Source: Haliotis cracherodii
Lineage: Eukaryota
DNA length: 64,000 nt
Reading direction: 5' to 3'
Assembly (NCBI RefSeq): GCF_022045235.1
Contig: NW_027266275.1
Span: 73,780,001-73,844,000 of the forward strand
The translations under genes were made by a program, and so were the position numbers. Positions 1-11,352 of this stretch are shown one piece after another (position 1 is the stretch's first letter; every line of letters begins with the position of its first letter). The notes beneath the pieces are model-generated. The model ran no database searches. It was given only the letters and a program-made list of their open reading frames with translations, and was not told the DNA's origin.

Positions 1-707
1 AACATGGAAACAGTTTTGTAATGGAATCCCTGATCATGCTGTTACAGATGCGAAGCCAGGTAAAAACGCGTTTTGTTCAACACCTACTGTATAAAAAGCC
101 TGGCTGCACAGGTTGGTCCACTGAAAGCCTACTGAACATTTCTAGGTACCATGTAATCCCAAATTATAGTGGGTAAAAAACTAGAGGTACTAAGAACAGT
201 ATGGTATATGCTTATTGTAACCAATGATTGCTTTAATACGTTTCATTCACACATAAAACTGAGCATATTTAGTGTAGTGCCTTTTAATGATTTCTACATG
301 TAAATCCAGTAAAGATCTGTCAACCAGGACAGGACTTTTTACAAAATGGCTGTCACTCCCAAACTTGCTTTTAGTTACAAAATATTCTGGCTTGAGAACG
401 AAGTACTGCATTGATATCACTTTTTTTTTTCTTAACTCCCTTGCATCTTACTGTAAGTTTAAGGCAATGCACATCCCTGCTCATATCAACTGGCATTTAG
501 TAATCCAAACTGTTAAGGTTAGTAGCCAACTACGGATCACAGTTGATTATTTATAAAATGTTTTGGAATGGTGTACTATTTGGTTAGATATCTGCATCAG
601 TATATATATATACATATATATAGAAGTGACTTATATAGTGACTTATATATATAAGTGACTTGTATAACATTTTAGCAAGTGTTTACCATGGAGTGATATA
701 TTACAGG

Positions 708-1259
708 TAGGGCTGGGATGGGTAAGTCGACACTCGGGTCCGGTGGGTCCTGAGTACGACCAGGGTACCCACAGGACTAACTGGACCCGTGGTTAGTCAC
801 GTGATATATTGTTTAATGACAAAAATTATCTAAAACTCTATGATTACACTACAAGTCACTAATGTTCGCATTTCTTTCTGACTATGCACGGGGCGGTCGG
901 GTAGCCTAGTGGTTGAAGCGTTCGCTCGTCACGCCGAAGACCCGGGTTTGATTCCCGACATGGGTACAATGTGTGAAGCCCATTTCTGGTGTCCCCTCGC
1001 CGTGATATTGCTGGAATATTGCTAAAAGCGGCGTAAAACCATACACACACTCTGACTATGCACCCATTCCTTCTGACTTTTATATGTTTGAATAAAGAAA
1101 CAATTTTCAGTCAACTTAAGTGTATGCATGACCAGATCATTTTATTCCCAATCGGACAGTTTGTCGCTATCTCATGAGACCTACAATGGGTACCTGGGTA
1201 GGGACGGGTAAAAGGGGGGTGGGTACAGGGTTAGTAAATTTGGACTGGTCCCAGCCCTA
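708..1259. mobile_element. hAT-like non-autonomous MITE with a nested SINE
   Basis: TIRs TAGGGCTGGGA (708) / TCCCAGCCCTA (ends 1259); 8-bp TSD ATTACAGG / GTTACAGG with 1 mismatch. Confidence 0.7.
890..1050 (+). mobile_element. tRNA-derived SINE, family A
   Basis: A box TAGCCTAGTGG, B-box-like GGTTTGATTCC, 3' tail GCTGGAATATTGCTAAAAGCGGCGTAAAACC; 13-bp TSD TCTGACTATGCAC at 877-889 and 1051-1063; near-identical copy at 10798. Confidence 0.9.
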
Positions 1260-2634
1260 GTTACAGGGTATTCTGTGTAAAGCTTCTGTTAACCAGAATG
1301 TCGTCCCTAAAGATGCTACGATGGATCCCTGATCGTTACATACTCATGTCGTGTTTCTTATAGATACATGCCGACCTGATGCTTGTTGGCTCTGAGTGTT
1401 GTAATGCATTGATATTTTGGTTAATCTTACAGCCCTATTTACTGACATTTTGTCTAGCAATGTGTCTAGTAGACCTGAGTATTTGTCAGACTTGGAGTAA
1501 TGACTCTAAGTCCATGCGTATTATCTCAATCTTGAATTAACCCATTAATGATCCCATTGCTAGAATTGGATAACACTTGTTTATACCAGCTTTGCTAAAA
1601 AGTTGGCCCAAGATTGGTATAGCAGCTGACTTGTTCCTTTTTATCTGGAGCAATGCCATTGATCTTCTGCTGTTCTTTGTACCTGTTGGTGTCTAGAGAG
1701 TGTCTCGGTGATAAGTGCAGTTGTTCAGGGATGATTTGGAAATGTCTCCATATGCATCTGCGTGTGACCTGAGTGCAGATTGATGCTATGTAACTGATAG
1801 TAATAACAAACATGGTATTAATACTTGGCAAGACTCCACTTTGTATTTATGGGCTGATTACTGAGTGAGTCTACGAACCAGCAAGTAGAAGAGTGTGTGG
1901 TGGACCCGTATCGGTGATGATGAAGTTGCTGTGGGACTGTGTGGCAGGATTATTACAGGACGGGGCATGTGACAGTGTGGAAAGATTGTGGTAAATGATA
2001 CTCAGTGGTGATACCGATTACATGGCATTAGACCGACAAACTGGGAGATAACATCCTGATTCAGTGATCCTAAGTGCAGCTTCAGGAGAGAGCATGACCA
2101 GGGAATGACAGTTCTTGTATGATGATGGATAGTGGAAGCGGTGGATGAAGATCCTTGGTAGAGGCGTTATCTTATTGCTGCATGATGTTTTTGTGGGTGA
2201 CAACTGGAAGTTGTTTGTTGTGACTGGAAGGTGCAGACAGGATTATGCTGTGGTACTGTCTTGTGATACCGCTTGCCTGAAATACCAGCAGTGCTTTGGT
2301 GTGGTGTGCCAGCTCCCCTGCATCGCCTCCCCCCCACCTCCCCTACCCACCCCAACAGCCCTCCTCGAAGTGTTAATCACTTACCTTCCTGCACCAATGT
2401 TTCTTTTACACTTTTATGATCAGAGAGTCTCGACTGTACTGCGAACTCTATCTTTTCTAGAAATAGATGTAAAGTAAAATTGATTAGTGTAAATAAGTAC
2501 TTTTTCTTCTGAGTGGTACAGACAGTGGTTCCCTCAGATATATGGTAAGATTTCATAGCTTTGAATATGTGTTGTGAGCCCTGTGAGCAGATGCCCTGGT
2601 CCTGTTGTCAAATTAACTGCATGATCACATCTCT

Positions 2635-2865
2635 CAGGGTAGAGTAGGTCTTCAGCAACCCATGCTTGCCGTAAAAGGTGACTATGCTTGTTGTAAAAGG
2701 CAACTAACGGGATTGGGTGGTCAGGTTCGCTGACTTGGTTGATGCATGTCATCGATCCCAAATGCGTGACTTGATGCTCATGATATCAATCACTCGATTA
2801 TTTACAGACCGCTGTCATAAAGCTGGAGTATTTCTGAGTGTGGCATTAAACAACTAACCAACCAA
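2635..2865 (+). mobile_element. SINE-like interspersed repeat, family B
   Basis: GGTAGAATAGGTCTTCAGCAACCCATGC...GGTGGTCAGGCTCGCTGACTTGG...ATTTACAGACCGCCGTCA core recurs at about 6213, 23140, 25745(-), 38424, 41260(-), 44170(-) and 50000. Confidence 0.8.
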
Positions 2866-2984
2866 ATCTCAGCTGACAAGGTTTTATGTGTTTTGTGGAA
2901 ACACTAGGGTAGACACTCGCACCTTAATGGAATGGTTCAAGCTTGTGTTCATTTTGATATATGGCATGGTGCATGTCCTAACTG

Positions 2985-3420
2985 TAGGGCTGCAACGAAT
3001 ACACTGTGAGGAAAATATGATTGATATCACAAATATAGGGTAACGAATGCGAATATTAATTTACGAATACAATAACAAGTCAGCAGTTGATGTATTATTT
3101 GTTATATTCAGTGAAACATAAACAACATAAATTATTTGACATGGTTGGTTAATTATTAATATATTATGCATTCACATTACTGCACTTATCCAGGTACTGG
3201 TATCTGCTCAAATACGACAATGACCAATGACCAAAATACTATCAAATTAAATATCATAAGAGTGTTGTCTTTGAAGAAATCTATGCATGTAATATGTTCT
3301 TATGGATATTTTTAGGTTCAGGTTATGTAAATGCACATGCTTGCATATTCATCAATATTTGAATCTAGTGGCCACGAATAACAAATTCAATTCAAACACG
3401 AGTGAATTGTAACAGCCCTA
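2985..3420. mobile_element. hAT-like MITE
   Basis: TIRs TAGGGCTG / CAGCCCTA; 8-bp TSD CCTAACTG / CCTAATTG. Confidence 0.7.
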
Positions 3421-5017
3421 CCTAATTGACAAGCAATGTTTATGTCTACATAATTACCACTTACTGTCAAGTAATAACAAGTTATTGCCATGTGTTTATG
3501 GTTGTTTTGGTTGATCAATTTACCAATAAGCTAGAAGGCATGTATACATACAGAAAACCATGATGTGAAACATATTTTGAGAATAGGGTCATGAAATGGA
3601 TATGAATTGATAAAGTCAACAAGCTGATCCTGGCTAGATGCTTTTAAGAATTATTTCAAATAAAAATGTATTGAACTGATATTGATGTAGGCGTCATAAC
3701 ATCTTGAGAGTGGAATTGAATTGATGGGTTTTCAGAAATAAATTATGACACCAAAACTCTTTAATACTAGAATAATAGAACATTTGGGTGTCATTTCAAG
3801 TTGTGTATTGATTCAGCAGCTGTCGTTAGGGATATGGTTTCATCACGCATCACAGCACACTGTAAATCATAATACTCGCTAGTATAAACGAGGCTTGCAA
3901 ATATTCAGTCATGGTTGAATGTTAAATATATTTCCAAAGGTTAAATCCCCCTGTCCTATGCATGATGCATGGGATAACTCTACACCGCATACATTTCTTT
4001 ACAGTCAGGTGATAATCCCAGTGTTTGTTTGTGTATGTCAAATATGAAATGCATTCACAAATTATTATAACTTTACTAGACACCATAATTTCGAAAATTG
4101 ATTTCTTCAATTATTTTTTTACAGAGTTATGGCCCTTGCACCATGCTTTTCAACTTGCTGCATAGTGTCTGCAACGGGGACAAATTTTCTCAGAAACTGC
4201 TGATGTTACATGAATGAACTTTACATGCTTATCTATGAGATATTTGTGGTGACTGTGTTCAAAAAGTGATCCTGTAAATTACTTTTCCAGAGGAGGGGCC
4301 TCTTGTGTGTATTACTTTCACATTTAATCATTTTTTTCTGATAACATAAATATGATGAAGGGACCCTAGTGCATATGTCTTCTAAGGCTTTGTAGGACTC
4401 TTTTTTATAGTTAATATTTACTACTATATAACCAAACAAAATTCTAATGTGCCCCATGGCGTGGGATAGTGATACCGCTGTTGTGTTGTTACTATAAAAC
4501 ATAAATTGGGAAATTAGTTTCCTCAGCCAAGCCAAGGCATTACCAGGCCTTAAAGTTCTTTCTCTTGCTAGGGAGCGGCCTGGCTCCTAATATATTGCCC
4601 TGGTTGTCTAAAGGGACAAATTCAGAAATAAGTCAAAATGGAGTTTCACTGAAGAGATGCCAACATTATCACTGTGGTACATAGACATAAATACAAGAAA
4701 GTCATTTGAATAACAGCAGCATTCGCTTGAGTAAGAGAGTATTCATGTTATTTTTTTTAAAGTAACATTTTCTGAGTAAAGTACAGATTCTTGTACTTTT
4801 TTGGTTGAGTCCCATCCGGAATTCAAACCTACACTGCCAGTCTCAGTGAGGTCAGCACATAAAGTCTGCTATCTAAGCCACTCTGCCACCGGCGCTTCCA
4901 CAAAATGAAAGTCTGACAACTGGCAGTCCAAATCACGCGCTTTGTGTACCCCTCTGACAAGTGTGACCACTTTCTATATGGCATTGTGTGTTCATAAGAG
5001 AGTATTTATTAGAATTT

Positions 5018-5522
5018 CAGAGCTCCAGATAAGCTGCGTATCTGCGTAAAATACGCATCAGAAATGCAGAAATACGCAGTAAAATAAAATCCAGGCGTAT
5101 CAAATACGCTACAAACATTACAGATACACTACAAAAATATAACTTGTGCGTATCATCAAAATATTGTGAAATAACCCTGCGTATTCGATTAGTAAATCAG
5201 CAACTTATTTTGAAATTATAAACGGGCATTCCGTCAACCTTGCCAAACTCCTAGATGACAGTTACATCATGATCATTTGCCATCACACTTTCTTGTGGAA
5301 GTATCGTGGTATTTTTGAGTCCTACAAAGCTCTCTAACCCAAACGACACCAGTTTGCAGGGACTAGATGAATAGTGTTTTTAATATTTAACTTAAATACC
5401 CACATGTGTAAAAACTAGTGGGTAACAGAAATTTGAATACGCAGATAGAATTACTGATACCCAACGATTTTAAAATGCATGTGTAAAATACCCACAACAC
5501 CAAAAGCTTATCTGGAGCTCTG
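5018..5522. mobile_element. non-autonomous DNA transposon (MITE)
   Basis: perfect 18-bp TIRs CAGAGCTCCAGATAAGCT / AGCTTATCTGGAGCTCTG; GAATTT on both flanks; subterminal ATACGC/GCGTAT repeats. Confidence 0.8.
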
Positions 5523-6212
5523 GAATTTTTTAAGTTTACAGGAGACAAATCTGCTGAGGTTTCTTAGCACTGGGACTTTAGGAGTACGAAAAAGTTGTTG
5601 ACAGTTTTTAAGAAAGCGCTGACGATCAGTTTCCAAATGTGTACACTCAAAGAAGTAGTGAAATTCACTAGTAAACGACAGTAGTACTACAAAGTGGACA
5701 GATCCTATCAACTTAGAGTAAATCTATCCATCAAATGATAGAGGAAAGAGGAGTAGGAGAAATGTTAGCTCACAGTGTGGTGTTTATTGCTATAGTTCAA
5801 CAAGGTCCAGCGACACCATTAACACAACATATTCAAGTAAACAGCAGCTGTGTGCGTTGTTTTCACAAGGGACAAAAGCTGTGTGTTTTATTTTCACAAG
5901 TGACAAAACTGTGTACATGTTGTTTTTAACAAGTAATCTGGCCTAGGGTTGGCTATGTGGAAAATCCTCTGCTTAACCTATGTCAGTTGTGTTGACAAAT
6001 TTCTGTTTATGACCTATATTTATTTGTATGTAAATGTGTTTTTAGAACTGTCTTACTTATATCAACATGGCCACATGAACTAAAAAATTGTTAGGAATAC
6101 AAATTTAGTGTTGTATCGACCTGTTTGTAAACTTGATAATACATTGGCCTGCTTTTTTTTATGTCAATAACATAAGATATGTCTTTTTGTGTGATTCTTA
6201 TGATTTCTCTCA

Positions 6213-6450
6213 CCCGTGAAGGTCCAGGGTAGAATAGGTCTTCAGCAACAGCTTGTTGTAAGAGGCGACTAATGGGATCGGGTGGTCAGGCTCGCTGACT
6301 TGTTTGATCATGTCATCGTTTCCCAATTGCATGGAATGTTCATGATGTCGGTCACTGGATTGCCTTGTCCAGACTCGATTATCTACAGACCTCCGTCATA
6401 TAGTTGGAATATTACTAAGTGAGGCGTTCATCAACAAACAAACAAACAAA
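6213..6450 (+). mobile_element. family B SINE-like repeat
   Basis: CCCGTGAAGGTCCAGGGTAGAATAGGTCTTCAGC head and (CAAA)n tail. Confidence 0.8.
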
Positions 6451-7179
6451 ATACAATTTTTATATTTAACATGTTGAATAGACTCCATGTCCAGCTTGAG
6501 TCTACCCTGGCGTGTAAATAGGAGTGAGATCCTGAAAATTAGGACAGATTAATCTGATCCTGCCGATAGGGAATCTGATTAGCTCTTTTATAGTATTAGT
6601 TACATAGACCACAAGCAGGCGTTACGGGAATGTATAGTGTCAAAGGTTGAGGGGTGGACACAAACGTATTGCACCCCTCAAATGACACTTTACAAATTTA
6701 TCACTACAAGTTCACAAGTTGCAAGGAATTTTGTTGGTGAAATATTTTATGTGACAATATTAGATTTTTTTCGTGTCCCCTGTAGGACAGGGAGTCTTAA
6801 AGTATGAAAAGTCCTGATGTGTGTGAAGGCTGCTTGGCTGACTAGCATGGGCTTCTTTATGACAGTAAGTGGCCAATCAGATACCTAGATTTTGTGATGA
6901 GTAATGAGTATGCATGTTATAAATCAGTAAAAATTAACATCGTAATTGTTTAATTCTGAACCTTGGAATACTTTCAATTTAGGGTACAAAGGATACACAT
7001 CTTAGTTTCCAAATAGTTCCAAACCTTATGAAAACATTCACATAAATGTTAATCCCTAATATGGTTGGTCAACACAACCTAACCTTGTTGTGATTGGTCA
7101 ACTTACCCAAACCATGGTATAACACATATCATTTAGTATAAATATCGGTCCGGAATTAAGTGTCTTATCCATAAAACAA

Positions 7180-7183
<4 letters not shown>

Positions 7184-7235
<52 letters not shown>
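7184..7235. repeat. (CT)n microsatellite
   Basis: about 26 CT units seen directly. Confidence 0.95.
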
Positions 7236-7239
<4 letters not shown>

Positions 7240-8160
7240 AGCCCTAAATACCCCCTTAAAACTACTACTCACTTCACATCAGACACAATACCCAAACATG
7301 ACAGACACTCGGATCATAACTCACGCTGACATATCCGACATATCTGACAAGGACACGCCTACACCTGTGGAAGCATACAACAGTTCTGACTGGGCACCTG
7401 AAACCCTCATTCCTGACGGCTATGGAAATAATATTCCTCAAGCCTCCTCCATCCCCACCCAACCAATTTTCCCCAACCAAGAATCTTACATAGCAGGAAC
7501 TAAAATTAAACAAATATTCCAAGTCACTGTAAATAGCTCCATTACTAACTGGCAATTATTCACCCGAGGCGTCATACGAATGCACCCCAGAGAAACTGAT
7601 GAGGACCTCAATTTATACACCAAGGAAGCTAACTCTAACCCAGATAACCACTCACAACCGGAAATAAGTAGCACCCGTAGGATCAATCTACCAGAGACGG
7701 CAAAACCTTCCCAACCCCCATCGTCATCATAACTTTTTAAAAAACATCTAAACATCCAGAAGCCCCCCAAACAATCTCTTTTGGCCCTCACACCAACCTA
7801 AAAGTTAAACCACATATTAAACAAGTAAAACAATGAGCACCAACTGCTTACAATACAACCACACTGCCAAACAATGCAAATTCCCAAAAACTAAATGCAA
7901 GAACCGACTGCCCAGGCACATGCATGCCCTGGAACATACATTGTAAATCTATAAAACACTCCTCACTCTCCAACCAGTGCCCACATAGACATAATCCACA
8001 TATAGCCTGCATACAAGAAAAAAAATTCTCTGCTAGATCTAAATTTACCCTTCCAAACTATAACTAAGAACTGACCGAGCCAAAACTAACCCAGGTAGAG
8101 CCAGAGGCGACCTCATCATATACGTCAGGGAAGACATAAGCTGCAAAGAAAACATTTGAT

Positions 8161-8280
8161 TCACCTGATGAAGGAGTAAGCATATACTCCCAAACGTTGT
8201 GTTTCGTCATAATAAAGAAGTTGACATCCAAAAATTCTCTTTCTTATGTGTATCACTTCTAAATGCCATTCAAAGACTTA
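8161..8280 (+). mobile_element. Penelope-like terminal repeat fragment with a degenerate hammerhead motif
   Basis: CTGATGA-AGGAGTA-agcata-TACTCC-CAAAC; the same repeat occurs three times at 18967-19220. Confidence 0.5.
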
Positions 8281-8386
8281 TTGTATCAAAGCCAAAATGT
8301 GTGTCTTGATGGCCCAGTCATCTGAGCTGCTGCAATTCACTGTGCAACATTGCACGCTTTTGGTTGTGCTACATGACGGGGGAGTA

Positions 8387-9080
8387 TGTAGCAGGGCGTG
8401 GAGTCATCCCACAGATGACATCTTTACCTTGTCAGCTTGCTGACGGGGTTAACCTCTTTGGTCATGTGGACAAGGTGTCCGACCTGTGATGAGAAGGTCC
8501 GTGGTTCGAATCCCATCATGGGACTTAGAAATTATATGGCCGCTACATTGGCGCCCAACGTGGGGCTGATCATGTTCATATTAAATTTAAGCAAAATAAG
8601 CCTCAGTACCCTACTATGCAGCCGGGACGTGCCTTCTGTTGACGGGGGAGTATGTAGCAGGGCGTGGAGTCATCCCACGGATGACATCCTTACCTTGTCA
8701 GCTTGCTGACGGGGTTAACCTCTTTGGTCATGTGGACAAGGTGTCCGACCTCTGATGAGAAGGTCCGTGGTTCGAATCCCATCACGGGACTCAGAAATTA
8801 TATGGCCGCTACATTGGCGCCCAACGTGGGGTTGAGCACGTTCATATTAAATTTAAGCAAAATAAGCCTCAGTACCCTACTATGCGGCCCGGGACGTGCC
8901 TTCTGTTGATGGGGGAGTATGTAGCAGGGCATGGAGTCATCCCACAGATGACATCCTTACCTTGTCAGCTTGCTGACGGGGTTAACCACTTTGGTCATGT
9001 GGACAAGGTGTCCGACCTCTGATGAGAAGGTCCGTGGTTCGAATCCCATCATGGGACTCCGAAATTTTATGGCCGCTACA
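8387..9080 (+). mobile_element. tandem miniature LTR retrotransposon (TRIM) with tRNA-like LTRs: LTR-int-LTR-int-LTR
   Basis: three ~161-bp LTRs TGTAGC...GCTACA (8387-8547, 8653-8813, 8920-9080); PBS TGGCGCCCAACGTGGGG after LTR1 and LTR2; GGGGGAG polypurine tract before each LTR; A box TGGTCATGTGG and B box GGTTCGAATCC inside each LTR. Confidence 0.85.
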
Positions 9081-9806
9081 GTTGCAATATCCTCAGTAAT
9101 GGTCGTGGGGTTGAATCCCAGATTCACCCAGATTATGTTTCTATGTTTGTAAGCACCATACCTGTGGTAGTCGGCACAACCAGATGACATAATGTGACGT
9201 AACTGCAGTGTTATATCATACTCACGCAAGATTAGGTGTTGAAAGTTCTTATCTTGAGGCCTTGCATTAAGTCTATCATCTGTTTATTCCAGGGAAATCT
9301 TTGATATACTTCTTAGCTCACCTGCACCAAGGCTTTGTATCAAGACAAATTTGTCTTATTGAAAGTACAAGGCTTGGGCAATGGGCAGTCATGGCAAGTT
9401 TGATTCTTGATTTTCAACCCAAAATTTGTTTGTTTGCTTACTTCAGTTTTATGATGTAGATGAGTGACGAGGGTTGATTGATAGTACATATAATTATTTA
9501 AATATGCTTACCAACAATGACTGTAAAAGAAGTACTTTTCTAAAAATATTAGCTTGCCGATGATGCAGCTGTCAAATCAGCCGTTTCAATCAGATGGGGT
9601 TTATTGTGATTTGATGCCTCTGATTGACCAATCAAAATCGAGTGTTTTCCAAATTCATGGTGGAATGTTTAATATGTTTAGCTGAATATGGACAAATGTG
9701 CTAAATTGAGTCCCTCTATCTATCCACATGAATATTAGCAATATTGCTTTATAATCATCCTTAAAGCCAGTGAGTTTATTATGTATTGGAGAAAACACGC
9801 TCACGA

Positions 9807-9909
9807 GGTTTTGGTAGACAGAGCATGCCCTGGGGAGATGGAAAAACCAGTAGGGCGAAGCCCCAGTGGTTTTTCCCGACCCCCAAGGCATGCTCTGTCT
9901 ACCAAAACC
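9807..9909. repeat. ~100-bp imperfect palindrome, probably the core of a non-autonomous element
   Basis: GGTTTTGGTAGACAGAGCATGCC...GGGC-GAA-GCCC...GGCATGCTCTGTCTACCAAAACC. Confidence 0.8.
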
Positions 9910-10797
9910 GAGGGAAAGTGTTTTTCCATGCTTATAAACCGAAAAAAGAAACTTAAAACAACATTTATCAACATTTTTATGTTTCCATGAACCTATGAAA
10001 CGCTCGTAAAATATCTGTTGCTGGCGTACGGATCTTGAAAAGGACTTTCTAAAAACCAGTGAGGCTTATCAACACCTCTGTAGCCTCGTGGTACACTCAC
10101 TGGGCTACAGATATGAAGGTTGCGAGTTCGATCCTCGGGAATATAAAGAAAACATTTGTCATTTGATTTTACATTTCATGACATGTTACAATCTGAATGG
10201 AAGTTATATTAATAAAATACCCAGGACATTATATAAAATCCCTGGGATATTATGTAAAATCCCAGGGACATTACAACGTCCCTGTTTATGAGATTTAACC
10301 CGACTGGAAAGTAAAACCTCACAATAGGTTTTAATGCCTATAGAAAGAAGTCTCTTACTTAATAGCGATCCCAATGAATAGGTTTATAAATATACATCAG
10401 TATATTACAAGTTATTTTGAGCTAGATATTTGTTTTGACACAGGTTATGAGTCAGGCAATAACCTGGAATAAATATAGTACAATAACTGGAGGAAGGAGA
10501 GGTCAGACAGTTTGTATTGTCTGTGGGTGTACAGGATGCATCAAACTGAAAAAGATTTATTAAAAATATCTACTAGCTGTGAAAATTCCCTGGATGTTCC
10601 TGGTGTGACTGTGTGTGGGCTTCATGTGTGTGGCTCATACTGGGCTTCAACAAGGGATTGCTTTATGGCTGTGTTCAAGACAGTGGTATTGTTACTGTCT
10701 GTTTAGAAAAAAAGCTTTGTCGAGGATATTGACAGACTAAAGAAAACTGTTCATTCATTTGTGTATCATACTTCATTGTTCATTACATACTGGTTAA

Positions 10798-10963
10798 GGG
10801 GCGGTCGGGTAGCCTAGTGGTTAACGCGTTCGCTCGTCACGCCGAAAACCCGGGTTCGATTCCCGACATGGGTACAATGTGTGAAGCCCATTTCTGGTGT
10901 ACCCGGCCGTGATATTGCTGGAATATTGCTAAAAGCGGCGTAAAACCATACTCACTCACTCAC
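10798..10963 (+). mobile_element. tRNA-derived SINE, family A
   Basis: A/B boxes, (CTCA)n tail, 14-bp TSD TACATACTGGTTAA. Confidence 0.9.
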
Positions 10964-11352
10964 TACATACTGGTTAAAAACAAAAAAATACTTCTTTTAT
11001 GATCATGCTTGACACTTTTTGTTTTGAGAATATCCCACATACTTCCTTCTTCATATTGATCAGTGTTGTTGGAAATTAGAGAGTCTTTGACACAAAATAC
11101 TTTCTCTTGATCTCCCTGTTTAATGAGTTGTTCAGACTAAATTGCAATGTAACCACTATTCTTGTTGGCTTGCAGGGTTTTCCTGGATTGGAGCATCTGT
11201 ATGGCAAGTCACTGTAGAACAAAACCTTCCAGGAGCACCAAAACCTCAAAGCTTAAAAGTATTCTGCACCTGAGCAGGCCAATGACTAAATTATGCCTCT
11301 CCACCCTCTTCTCAATCTATACTGCCGAGTTCTTTAGTAGTAATTCTTTAAT

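Noticed and set aside
890-965. tRNA genes (here and at 8450, 10798, 44540, 49592)
   Set aside because: A/B boxes are embedded in repeated SINE or LTR bodies with tails or TSDs; no complete cloverleaf.
7298-7732. 144-aa ORF after the (CT)n tract
   Set aside because: AC-rich, probably a decayed LINE 5' region; no recognisable domain.
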